Shown: positions 23,601 through 35,820 of the stretch, in pieces
Layout of the letters: every line of letters begins with the position of its first letter
Position numbering within the stretch: the stretch's first letter is position 1
NCBI GenBank assembly: GCA_037447605.1
Contig: CM074819.1
Span: 62,001-126,000, forward strand
Direction of reading: 5' to 3'
Origin: Zygnema circumcarinatum SAG 698-1b
Lineage: Eukaryota > Plantae > Zygnematophyceae
Length of the DNA stretch: 64,000 nucleotides
Program-made: the position numbers and the translations under genes
Notes under the pieces: generated by a model
The model's database searches: none
What the model was told of the DNA's origin: nothing
What the model saw: the letters and a program-made list of their open reading frames with translations, nothing else

Positions 23601-26442
23601 AGGGAGAAGGAGAGAGAGACACCCGTCAACCGATTTTTTTTCATTGAAAGGAGGCCCTGGATCTGCGACAGCTCCAGCTCCATCTGCAGCATTGGCTTCA
23701 GCTTTAACAGAAGCTTCAGTAGCAGCTCGTGGAATCTCCGTACGAAGCATTGCGCCCTGCTGTTTGGACAGGCCGGCAGGCGCTGGGGGATCGGGAGATA
23801 CTCGCAGGGATGGAGGGAGATGGAGAAGGAGAGGTAGAGGGAGATGGATAGGGAGAGGGATAAGGTGAGGTAGAAGAGAAAGAGACCGAGACGGATAAGC
23901 GGAGGGAGTGGGAGAGGAGAAGGGCGGTGGAAGGAGAGAGAGTGAGAATGTGGAGGAGGTTTTGCATAGTGTGCAGGAGGAGAGGAGTCTCCCCTCTTAT
24001 ATGCTCCTCCTCGAGCAGTCGCCATGGCTCGGCCTCAAGGCCAGGAAGCTGGAATGTGACATGACGTGACAGCTGCACGGCGGTGGACAGAACCTGCTTG
24101 CACTGTGGCAAGGACAGTGAGCGCCATCCACTGGGAGTCTGCGACGTCGAAATGTTTCCACGTGGCAAGTTTCGATTGGCTCGTTCTCGGCAGTTTTTTT
24201 TTACGGTGGACGCAATGGTGGCCATCTCCATCATGTCCAGTTCAGAGTTCAATTTTCAATCTTTTTTTTTTCATTTTCTAAGTGGTTGTTTTTTTAGAGT
24301 CGGAATCATCTAATGGCGGTCCGCCACGTGCCTTATGCATACGTGGCGACAATCGATTGGAAAATACCTGGAATGTAACAAAAGACTACAATACATGGTC
24401 AAAAAATGAAAAGAAAATGGGTAATACGTTTCAATTTTTGTTTTTTTTTTTCTGAAATGATGTCCAGTTCAAAGTCCAGAGTCGCCTACAATCGACCATC
24501 ACGAATGGATATGTGCCACGTGGACATTGTTTTCCTCGTGGCGGTTTACCATTGGTCCATGCTTGACCGACCCAAAACTCTGCGAGTCGATGACTGGCCA
24601 GTGAGCCAGGATTAGGGTTTTGAAGTTTTTAGTGAAACCCTAAAACCCGAAACCCTAAAAAAACAAAATGGTCACATAAAACCCAAGGAGGCTTACATAA
24701 ATAACTATGAGCAGATGGAAATGGTTAGATCAGCATTTGAAGCATTAGAAGTTAGGCAAAGATTAGTCGAACATCTCGTCAAAGTGTCTGGGCTTTGGGG
24801 CAAGACATTGAGTGAAGCTATGAAGCTCAATCCTGCTGGGTTCTCATATTACAGAAAGGAATATTTCTATAAATGTGTTTTTTTGTTTTTGGTATGGAGA
24901 TGGGCATTCGACATTCATGGTTTGTTCCTCGAGTGTGTCTCCTGCAAAAGAAAACTACAGAATATTTTTTTAATTTTTTTGCTCTATGTAGGAAGTATTT
25001 AGCCAGCTAGCCAAGATAGTTGTAGCCAATGCCAGACTACACGCTACTAAAATGTATCCAAAATTCTTTTCAAGCTCATGAAATTGTAAGAAATATAAAT
25101 TGCTGAATACCCTGCAAATCATCTGTTCCATTCTAGGTATTACCATTGTCTTACTTAATGCCAAAGAAAAGGTGCATGGATGGATGGATGGATCGATGGT
25201 TTGCCATCTTGGTTATAGCAAGAACAGGGCTGTGGTTAACCATCGTCGCCATGGCCAAGACCACGCCACAGTTCGGTAAGAGACACAACCGGACAAGGTC
25301 GCGGTACTGTAACTCCACCGATGTGACTGGTACGGGCAAAAAGGTAACGCAAACTTTCATTGCAAAAAGGCTCCATCCACTGAGAGCTTGACCATCGGTG
25401 ACGTGGCACCCTCTGATGGGTCATGTCAACAAGTCGTCGTCATATACAACACCTCTCGGCGATTCATCTTTAGTCACGTGGCTGCCAGTTCTGGCGCCAT
25501 CCGCGATTCGACCAACAGTCAGAAAAACATTTGCTTTCCTGTCAAAGGAAAAACACTTCGTCTGAAAATTTATATCTGACCGTTGCATGCGTTCTGCGGT
25601 TTTGATTGGTCGAAGAGGGACTTGGACAAACTTTTGAGAAGAAAAACGATTTTGGTAGGAAACGGGCAGACTGAAAAGGTTTCTCGAGGTGGCGTCGGAT
25701 TGGCTCACTGTCTCCATCAAAAAAAAAAAGACTCGCAGATTTTTCGGTCGGTCTAGAATGGACCAATGGTAAGCTGCCACGTGGAGAGCACATCCACGTG
25801 GCACATTCCCATTCGTGATGGTCGATTGTAGGCGACTCTGGACTTTGAACTGAACATCATTTCAAAAGAAAAAAAAACAAAAAAATAAAGTTGAAACGTA
25901 TTATCCATTTTCTTTTTCTCTTGTTGTCCATGTATTGTGGTTTTCTGTAACATTCCGTGTATTCTCCAATCGATTGTCGCCACGTACGCTTAAGGCACGT
26001 GGCTGACCACCATTGGATGATTCCTGCTCTAAAAAAACAACCGCTTAGATAATGAAAAAAAAAAGATTGAAAATTGAACTCTGAACTGGACATGATGGAG
26101 ATGGCCACCATTGCGTCCACGGTAAAAAAAAACTGCCGAGAACGAGCCAATCGAAACTTGCCACGTGGAAACATTTCGACGTCGCAGACTCCCAGTGGAT
26201 GGCGCTCACTGTCCTTGCCACAGTGCAAGCAGGTTCTGTCCACCGCCGTGCAGCTGTCACGTCATGTCACATTCCAGCTTCCTGNNNNNNNNNNTAAAAA
26301 ATTTCAGTACGCGTGTTCGTAAGTTTGACATCAGAACGAGTACTCCAGTATGATAGCGATCCTCCTGCGGCGGAGTACTTTCGTAACCTTTTTTTTTGTA
26401 ACGCTTTTCGTAAGATTTTGTTAAGTCTGACACCCCCTAATA

Positions 26443-26647
26443 GGGGGAGTCGGACCTTGACCATCGCCAAATCAATTTCGGAAGCCTGTCGGGCGAATTA
26501 AGCATTGGCTAGGTACGCATTTCGGTACGGCTGGGCCCGGCGGAGCCGCGGATCCCGATCCGGAATTCGTACACGAAAGAATTGACTTTTAGTATACTGT
26601 AAGGAATTTGGGAATTTCGTAAGCGATCGTCAAGGTCTGACTCCCCC
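26443..26647. mobile_element. MITE, ~205 bp, TIR GGGGGAGTCGGACCTTGACCATCGC / GCGATCGTCAAGGTCTGACTCCCCC, TA-flanked; identical copy at 27919-28123
   Basis: 25-bp imperfect TIRs with TA on both sides. It abuts the right end (GTCTGACACCCCC) of a related element. Confidence 0.8.
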
Positions 26648-27069
26648 TAATACATTAACACAGACTTACCGTACTAAAAGTGGTTTCCTTTCCTGTCAAA
26701 GGAAAAACAATTCGTCTGAAAATTTATATCTGACCGTTGCATGCGTTCTGCGGTTTTGATTGGTCGAAGAGGGACTTGGACAAACTTTTGAGAAGAAAAA
26801 CGATTTTGGTAGGAAACGGGCAGACTGAAAAGGTTTCTCGAGGTGGCGTCGGATTGGCTCACTGTCTCCATCAAAAAAAAAAAGACTCGCAGATTTTTCG
26901 GTCGGTCTAGAATGGACCAATGGTAAGCTGCCACGTGGAGAGCACATCCACGTGGCACATTCCCATTCGTGATGGTCGATTGTAGGCGACTCTGGGCTTT
27001 GAACTGAACATCATTTCAAAAGAAAAAAAACAAAAAAGTAAAGTTGAAACGTATTATCCATTTTCTTTT

Positions 27070-27760
27070 GGGTAGTGATATTTCCACCCCTTTTTTGGAT
27101 CCAAACACCCCTTCCCGGCCGGGCAGATTTCAAAAAGGATTAAAAACGGGAAATGCTTTTTTCACACCTTTTTGGAATCGATACCACCCTCCATCGGCAG
27201 ATTTTATTTTTGCGAAACAAGAAAAATGATAACCCGTCACCCCATTTTGAATATCCCGCCTACCTGAATTTCTTTTCACACGTGCGGTCAATGGCAGCCG
27301 TCGATTCCCTCGCTGATCGCAACACGGCAGATCGCTATTTGATCTGCAGCCGGGCTCGGTCACAGCGAATGGCACGTGCCCACGTATCCCGCCAAAGTCG
27401 CCTCAAAAGTTGTCCGTACAAATGTCATACGGTCGCAACTTTGAGGAACCCAAAATTCTGTACATTGAGAGCTTGGACCAATCAAAATTTCCACGTCAAA
27501 AATGTAACACGTGGCAGCTGTTGATTGGCTGGGAACTAACAATGACGAGATCTCGGGCAGGGGGACGCGCGCACTCGCACGTACGATCCGGCTTTGACGG
27601 GACTCGTGGGCGCTTTCCATTCGCTAAGATCGAGCCCGGATGCAGATCGAACGGTGACCTGCAGTGGTGCGATCTGCGAGGGAATCGACAGCTGCGATTG
27701 ACACACACGTGTTAAGGACGGACACCCGCGAACGATCTCGTGGCGGACGGATCTTCCACT
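27070..27760. mobile_element. Diverged relative of the foldback element at 38119-39043
   Basis: Shares AGCGAATGGCACGTGCCCACGT, GATCTGCAG and GAACGATCTCGTGGCG, and has internal inverted arms at ~27280-27380 and ~27600-27710. Confidence 0.65.
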
Positions 27761-28379
27761 NNNNNNNNNNTAAAAAATTTCAGTACGCGTGTTCGTAAGT
27801 TTGACATCAGAACGAGTACTCCAGTATGATAGCGATCCTCCTGCGGCGGAGTACTTTCGTAACCTTTTTTTTTGTAACGCTTTTCGTAAGATTTTGTTAA
27901 GTCTGACACCCCCTAATAGGGGGAGTCGGACCTTGACCATCGCCAAATCAATTTCGGAAGCCTGTCGGGCGAATTAAGCATTGGCTAGGTACGCATTTCG
28001 GTACGGCTGGGCCCGGCGGAGCCGCGGATCCCGATCCGGAATTCGTACACGAAAGAATTGACTTTTAGTATACTGTAAGGAATTTGGGAATTTCGTAAGC
28101 GATCGTCAAGGTCTGACTCCCCCTAATACATTAACACAGACTTACCGTACTAAAAGTGGTTTCCTTTCCTGTCAAAGGAAAAACAATTCGTCTGAAAATT
28201 TATATCTGACCGTTGCATGCGTTCTGCGGTTTTGATTGGTCGAAGAGGGACTTGGACAAACTTTTGAGAAGAAAAACGATTTTGGTAGGAAACGGGCAGA
28301 CCGAAAAGGTTTCTCGAGGTGGCGTCGGATTGCCTCACTGTCTCCATCAAAAAAAAAAAGGACTCGCAGATTTTTCGGT

Positions 28380-30146
28380 CGGTCAAGAATGGACCAATGG
28401 TAAGCTGCCACGTGGAAAGCACATCCACGTGGCACATTCCCATTCGTGATGGTCGATTGTAGGCGACTCTGGACTTTGAACTGAACATCATTTCAAAAGA
28501 AAAAAAAACAAAAAAATAAAGTTGAAACGTATTATCCATTTTCTTTTTCTCTTGTTGTCCATGTATTGTGGTTTTCTGTAACATTCCGTGTATTCTCCAA
28601 TCGATTGTCGCCACGTACGCTTAAGGCACGTGGCTGACCACCATTGGATGATTCCTGCTCTAAAAAAACAACCGCTTAGATAATGAAAAAAAAAAGATTG
28701 AAAATTGAACTCTGAACTGGACATGATGGAGATGGCCACCATTGCGTCCACGGTAAAAAAAAACTGCCGAGAACGAGCCAATCGAAACTTGCCACGTGGA
28801 AACATTTCGACGTCGCAGACTCCCAGTGGATGGCGCTCACTGTCCTTGCCACAGTGCAAGCAGGTTCTGTCCACCGCCGTGCAGCTGTCACGTCATGTCA
28901 CATTCCAGCTTCCTGGCCTTGAGGCCGAGCCATGGCGACTGCTCGAGGAGGAGCATATAAGAGGGGAGACTCCTCTCCTCCTGCACACTATGCAAAACCT
29001 CCTCCACATTCTCACTCTCTCTCCTTCCACCGCCCTTCTCCTCTCCCACTCCCTCCGCTTATCCGTCTCGGTCTCTTTCTCTTCTACCTCACCTTATCCC
29101 TCTCCCTATCCATCTCCCTCTACCTCTCCTTCTCCATCTCCCTCCATCCCTGCGAGTATCTCCCGATCCCCCAGCGCCTGCCGGCCTGTCCAAACAGCGG
29201 GCGCGATGTTCGACAGAGATTCCACGAGCTGTTTGAAGTTCCTGTTGAGGCTGAAGCCAATATGCAATGAGCTAGAATGCTACAGATCCCAGACCTCCTT
29301 TCAATGAATAAAAATCGGTTGACGGGTGTCTCTTCCACGCCCTCTCGCTCTCCATCCCCCTCGCCCTCTCGCTCTCCATCCCCCTCGCCCTCTCGCTCTC
29401 CATCCCCCTCGCCCTCTCGCTCTCCATCCCCCTCGCCCTCTCGCTCTCCATCCCCCTCGCCCTCTCGCTCTCCATCCCCCTCGCCCTCTCGCTCTCCATC
29501 CCCCTCGCCCTCCTCCCCCTCCTCCTCTCCCTCTCCATCTGCCCCTGCGATTCTCTCCCCCTCGTTCAGCACCTGCCGGCCTGTCCAAACAGCAGGGCAT
29601 AATTCTCCGTATGGAAATACGTGCTGCTGCTGAAGCTCCTAGTAAGGCTGGAACTGAAGCTACAGTTGGAGCTACAGCTGGAGCTGTAGATGTAGCAGGG
29701 CCTTCTGCCGCTATTGACGGACGGATTCCTCTTCAACTTAACGCTGCGCCCACGGTGAGGCATCCTCTGATGGGCTTTGGCGCTTGTCAGAAGTGGAGGG
29801 AAAGGGAGAGGGGCTTCAGATAGGAAATAAACATTGGTGAACGATTTTTGACGAGTAACTTGTTTGAATGAAACTGGTTTGAAGAGGATCCGTTTCTCCT
29901 CATGCAATTGACTGTCCTCAGCATTTTGTTTCCTAGCTCGTTCCGGTAAAGTTACGGAAGTGGAAGGATTGATCTATAATGCACCCTTTGTGGAAAAGAC
30001 GAATTCAGGGTTAAGTCTAATCTCTTGCCTAAGATGCTCCATTTCTTCCCCACTTTCGTTTAACAAGCGACTATAAGTGTGTTTCGCATTCGTCTTGTGT
30101 GATGAGAAGCGGCTTAATGTATGGGATTTTTTCCATGCAGAAAGAG
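28380..30146 (+). repeat. Inverted duplicate of ~22790-24590 (promoter, exon 1 and intron 1 of the UCP012943-like gene), cut by a gap
   Basis: Reverse-complement identity, e.g. ORF 23033-23374(+) equals ORF 29566-29907(-). Further partial promoter copies lie at ~25535-26284 and ~26690-27065. Confidence 0.9.
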
Positions 30147-30246
30147 NNNNNNNNNNNNNNNNNNNNNNNNNNNNNNNNNNNNNNNNNNNNNNNNNNNNNN
30201 NNNNNNNNNNNNNNNNNNNNNNNNNNNNNNNNNNNNNNNNNNNNNN

Positions 30247-31977
30247 CCCCCATGGACGGGAGCACGCAGCCTCAGCCCAGACATGAGCCCGGACGCGCAG
30301 CGGGAGAAAGGGGAGATGGAGAAGATTCCTTGTACAGGTTCATGCATCGCAGCCTGATGCTGTACCCCCATGGTGGAACGCGCCCAGATTCGGCCAAGGC
30401 CGCGGAAGTACGGCCAGCCGGTACATGGAGAACTGGGGTACAACATTGGGAAGCGTTAAGAGGATCTTCTCGCATACCTCAAAGGTACGCTTCGTATTAT
30501 GGAACTTATCTGAGATAGTGGAGCTGCAGCTGGCGTACGGATACACCAAAGGGACGCTGATTGGGAGGTGACCTGGATACGCCAGATCGCGATGATCTGG
30601 ATACGCGCTTCGAACGCTGGGCGGCGCCATTTCTTGGAGTTCAAACCGCAATTAAACGTATGCTTATCTTCACCGTAATCTGAGTATATGGTCGCTGCGC
30701 GTCACGCAGCCAGGAGGTTGTAGATCGCGCTCTCTTTGATGAGTGTGACCGCACCACAACTCCCGTGCAGATTCTCGGCCGGACAACCAATCTTCGGACA
30801 AGGCCATTGAGAACCCTGTATTTCATCGGAAGAGTAAAGATATCAAGATCCAAGCACTACTCTGCACGCAGAGAGTTAGTGGATGCCGGAGAGACGCGGT
30901 GTCATTCGTACGGACGGCTGATGCCATGTAACGCAGATATGCTGGATCAAGGGAGTTTCGACCGGCTAAATGTGAGGAACAATCACCTCCTCGGATTGGG
31001 ACCCTATCGCAGGCTCTAGCCCTAAAGAGGGCCTGTTGGGTGGCCAGCCGGGCTAGAGGCCGCGACAAACTGTTTGGGACATAGACTCTCTAGTGAAGGA
31101 CCCGACTTAGGCGGGACGCCAAGCTGCCATAGATGGCGTCAGCAAGGGCTGGACGAAAAAGTCCGGAGGTTAAATCATGGTATCGACGCGACGAACCGTT
31201 CACGGAAGTTCGGGCGTGACGACAACGGCGGAGCGACGCCACTCGGGCGAGCGCCGAGATCGAAATGCAGAACGGAGGCTTAACGTGACAAATATTCTCA
31301 TACCTTGAAACTTAAGTCCTAGGACGAGTTTCAGTTAGGGCGCAAGGAAAGTTTCGCGCATTGCACCGAGAAAGCCGCTGCTTTCAAAAACCTTCAAGGC
31401 TAAGGCGGCGGGCGCCAGAGCGCACTCACCTGAGTGTGCTCCCCTCCCATCGAAGGAGCAAGCACTCCCTGTGCAGAGACCTCGTACGCAGGCGCACTAA
31501 GGCGCACCGGCAGTTACATGGCGACAATGCAGCCCACGTAGGGGTCTGCATGTACCGTGCATGCAGGCGCGTCGACCGGTCACTGCCCGGCGAGCTATTA
31601 CAGGAAGGCTCCGCCGGGAGAAGCTTAGTATCCAGAACGCCCGAAAGTTCTTTATGGGGAGGCTCATGCCTATCGCTATCAAGACTCGAGCAAAGGCTTC
31701 CCGAAAGTGTAAGTAGCCGCCCCGAGGAAGGGTGGTGGTAGTCGTGGGCAGCCGCTAGCAACGCCACAGAGAGCGCAGGATAGAGCCGAGCCGGATTAGT
31801 CCGCCGCCTCGCTGTATCTTCATTGTATAAAGAAGAGGTTTCGGGCCGGTGGGCTTTTCTTCTATTGACACCGCCTCTCGCCTTGCTTCTTGGCTCACTA
31901 GATCATCATGGCCTAGAACAACACGGAGAAGATGCACGACCGTAGGGGGCTCGGGCTTTTGACCCCCAATCTCAACA
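30247..31977 (+). mobile_element. 3' part of a highly degenerate Copia element (RT/RNase H, PPT, 3' LTR 31034-31977)
   Basis: Frameshifted EMEKIP.., QHWEA.KRI, DADWG, GGAISWSS and ADML..G motifs. AAAGAGGGCC is followed by TGTTGG...CTCAACA. Confidence 0.75.
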
Positions 31978-32094
31978 TCATTAGTGTAAGGGGGTGGTTG
32001 ATCTCTAGTTCTTTGATTGGACGGTCAAGATTGGTTTGCATGTTTTGCCTTTGGCGGCGAGGTTTTAGGAAGGTCGTATAAGATTGTTGTTTTT

Positions 32095-35000
32095 TGTTAG
32101 TGTTAGTGTATGATAGTTAGACATTACATTGGACACACTAACTTGTTGTGGTACTCAGTTGTTGAACATGAGATCTGCTAGGCGTAGTGCTTCTAGATTT
32201 AGTGATGTCGGTGTTCTGACTTAGGGCGAAAGCGCTGCCGCTTTAGTGCGCTGAGTTCAACGAAGCGGCGATGATTGCCGCGGCTACGGGATACGCCAGT
32301 GCGCGCTACGCATGGACGCATTTTGATTGGTACCGCGGCGCAAAACGCTGAGCTTAAAGTTGCGGCGCGCTGGAAACGCATATGGGGAGATACAATTTCT
32401 GGCGGCTAATCGGAATGCGCCACGGACCACTCTCGCGGATGTGGGTTCGCCGGAAACAGATGTACGCTGAAGTGCTCGGGCGCTGGCTGCAGATCGCCAA
32501 GGAAGGCCGGGCGAACGTGCGGAACTGCACGGGACGACCTGCATCTTTACGTGCACAAGAATCCAGGTCGGGTAAGCTGTCGTGAGGTTTGCGCAGGGGC
32601 CACCTCCTGCCGCTATTCTTGAGTGCGCCCACTGAAAATCGGTGCATGGTTTTGCTATTGGGGGCGTGTGGTGACATGTGTGTCACGTCACGGGCGCCAT
32701 ATTAAATAGTGCATAGTTTTACTATGGGAAAATAAATCCATACTAGTTCCCCTGTTCTTATTTCGCGGCTCGCCAGGCCGGCCAGTCAGCTTCACTTGTG
32801 TCGTGGAGGTAAGGAGTAAGAGGGACTTACCTTGTAGTGGTGGGAGAACTTCACGCGGCCATCTTATTATAAAGGAGTTTTAGAGCCGTGAGCTTCTACA
32901 CTTCTCTCATTGATTACTGCGGCTTATCTCCTCGGTGTTCATTCTCAGAGTTATGGGCTTATGAGTGAATTCAGATGTAGCCTTGAGAGTGTAAGAGTGG
33001 AAATGTCTACATCGGGTGGGGAACACGAGTTCCTCATCGCGAGGGTGACACGAGGTGTTGCCGAGCGCCGGGGATCAGCCCCCACCCAACAAGTGGTATC
33101 AGAGCCCATGGTGGCGCAGGAGGACCACGGAAGTTCAAAGATCCCAACCGCTCGACGGGCCGACTACAAGGGGTGGAGATGGTCGGGTCCCCGGCCGCCG
33201 GCAAGGGGTTGCATCGGCTACGCTGATTCGGCATCATCAGGCACCGGGTAGCCGCCGGAGGGAGCCACCTACGTGAGCGCTGGGGCCGGAGTTCGACACG
33301 CGGCCACTGGCCGATGGATGGCTATGATACAAGGCCCTTACCCGCATCGTCATGAGTGTGAGGGGAAGTCCCTCGCCTATGCCGTATGATCTCGTGATCT
33401 CACATGCTAAGTGTGGAGGTGCTTAGAAGAGATGTATGATGTAAAGGATAACGTGACGATTGTCAGCCTTTACACGCAGCTAGGAAAGATGAAGATGTCC
33501 TCAGATGAGAAACTAGGGGAATATATGGTCAGATTTGACACTCTAAATGAGAGGTTCATAGCCCTGCGTAAACCGTTGAGGGGACCATAAGATCACTTTG
33601 GGGTGGGACCGGCCGTCGGTTTGATGGGCGCTTGGGCGTGCTCTGAAGATGTAAGCACTGGTAACTCCATGATGACCCTTGAGCAAGTGAAGCCAAGGAT
33701 CAAGGAGAGGATACACCAAGACGTTACGCAATCAAGAGGGTGGCCGCGCCGCACTCGGCCAAGACCAAAGAGAGGCGCCGCTGAAGACAGACCGGAGGTG
33801 AACGCCCCGCGGGAGCGTGCTACACGTGTGGCAAGATTGGCCACTACTCTGCGGACTGCTTCAAGAACAAGAGCTACTTCCCAAATGGGAAGAGGAGCTT
33901 CGCCATCCCAAGAAGGTTCAAGGAATCGGGCTTCGCGAAAAGAAGAGAGGCCACAAGACCGCAGATTGCAGAGTGGCGCTGGAGACGGACCCCATGCTCA
34001 CCGAAAATTCTGACTTTGTGGGGAAGATCCAGGTTCGATCCGGCTGCCATGGTTGATCGACTCGGCGCCCACACACATGTGTGGCAACAAGCGCATGTTC
34101 TCCACGCTGGATACGCTGGAGAGGACCCTGACCGCTCACCGCAACCGAGAGGGAGTGACAGCCAATGAAGGAGGAGTAGTCAAGATGCGACTCGGAGACG
34201 GCTCAATCATCTACGAAGAAAAGAAGAGAAGAGCGTCTGTGCATCGGTGATGTTCTTCACACCCCTCGAAATGAATAGAATCCTCACAAATCATAGGGCC
34301 AAGTGTGTGGGAAGAAGGGGCACGCAGGTTACCTTTAGTGAGAAGTCAGCGCGCGGGCTACCTCATATGGAGACCTGAAAGCAGCCAAATTGGGAGGGTA
34401 TGAGAAGGGAGGCCTATATTACTCCCCACATGTATAAGAGGAGGAAGATGAAGGGGTTACGGCAATATCCGAAAAGTGTAGTAAATCTTGGCATCGTGAC
34501 TTGGCCACCGAATCATAGGGGATCGCAATCAGCCTGTCGCGAAGGGGCTGGTCCGCTGGGTTGGGGATGTGTAGATGTAGTCAGAAGGAGCTCGTTTTAA
34601 AAAGAGCATTAGGGAAGGCTTAATGTAAAACACCGCTGGTGAGCGGGAGAGAGACGTTCCATGCGCAAGAGAAGCTGGGTCTGGTTCACACCGACCTTTG
34701 CGGTCCCGTGACACCGGCAACGACTGGAGGAGCCCGATATTTCATCACATTTCTCGATGATTTTTCGAGGAAAATCTGGGTGAAAATTCTCAAGAACAAG
34801 TCTGAGGCTTTTGGAGCCTTTAGAGAGTGGCACGTACAGATGGAGCGAGAGAGCGGATCCAAGCTGAAGACTCTGCGCTCGGACAACAGAGGGGAATTCA
34901 AGTCGAAGGAATTCGGCGAGTACTTGAGGACTCGCGGAATAAGGCATGAATTTTCTGCTCCTTACTCCCCTCAAAGTAATGGAGCTACTGAGAGGGTGAA

Positions 35001-35274
35001 TAGGACGCTGGGGGACATGGCAAGGACCATGTTGATTGATTCCCCCTTTCCAGCATCGTNNNNNNNNNNGCTTTCTCCTACACTTCTCTCGATTGATTTC
35101 CGCTGTGCTTATCTCTGGTGTTCATTCTGTGAGTTATGGGCGATGAGTGAATTGAGATAGAACCTTGAGAGTGTAAGAGTGGGAATGTCTACATCGGTGG
35201 GAACACGAGTTCCTGTGGAGGGTGACACACGAGGTGTTGCCGGGAGCAGCGGGGATCAGTCCCCCACTCCAACA
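32095..35274 (+). mobile_element. Ty1/Copia element 4 (gapped), TSD TTTTT
   Basis: 5' LTR 32095-33091 (TGTTAG...CCAACA) and PBS TGGTATCAGAGC at ~33094. Degenerate gag/protease, and integrase VHTDLCGP...LRSDNRGEF...PQSNGATER at 34639-35059. The 3' LTR end is 35070-35274, with TTTTT on both flanks. Confidence 0.88.
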
Positions 35275-35639
35275 TTTTTCAGTGTGTTGTGTAACTCTGA
35301 GCTTTGAGAAGCATAGGGTGCTTTGAGCTCATGTTCATCTCTGGAAAGAAAGCTTTGTGTGGACAAGTGTGCATGAGTGCGTTGGATGCTTGAGATTTCT
35401 GAGGATGACTAAGAAGGGAAAAGCTGCGAAGGATGAGTTTGATGTCCCTGACTTTGAGGCAGGTGTTGGTGCAAGGGGCCCAGAGGGCAGACTTCAAGGA
35501 AGGGATAAATACATGCCCGGATGAAGCTCAAAACTTTCTTCATCTTCCACTTGGGCCACATACCGCTTCCTCCACGAACTGCCTTCCATCCACCCCTTGC
35601 CAGGTGCGCACAGCGGAAAACTAAAAGGGACACCTACAA

Positions 35640-35820
35640 GAACACTTCAACTCCTCCATGGTTTTGACTCCGTCGCGCCGCGCCACTCCACCGACCAAAG
35701 TCCGTACCTCCGCCCGTCGGTCTAGGCGCACATCGCCGTAAAGGGCCACACACAACACACGCACACAAAACTAATGTCCCAACAACAACTTGTCTAGTGA
35801 CTAACTACTATACACTAACA
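35640..35820 (-). mobile_element. Copia LTR 5'-end fragment truncating the CRE-like element
   Basis: Ends ...TACACTAACA (TGTTAGTGTA on the minus strand) and resembles 11590-11710. Confidence 0.7.

Noticed and set aside
23117-24025. Long low-complexity ORFs (MATARGGAYKR..., RARGMESE repeats)
   Set aside because: They arise from the 24-bp repeat and the promoter/5' UTR; the ORF start spans the TATA-like CATATAAG.
25251-25391. MAKTTPQFGKRHNRT resembling ribosomal protein L37
   Set aside because: Similarity is limited to ~7 residues and the zinc-finger Cys pattern is absent.
26295-28150. Duplicated MITE block
   Set aside because: Both copies start at the same base right after N gaps; partly artefactual.
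30247-34640. Dense frameshifts as evidence of great age or editing
   Set aside because: The many 1-2 nt indels equally fit unpolished long-read sequence.
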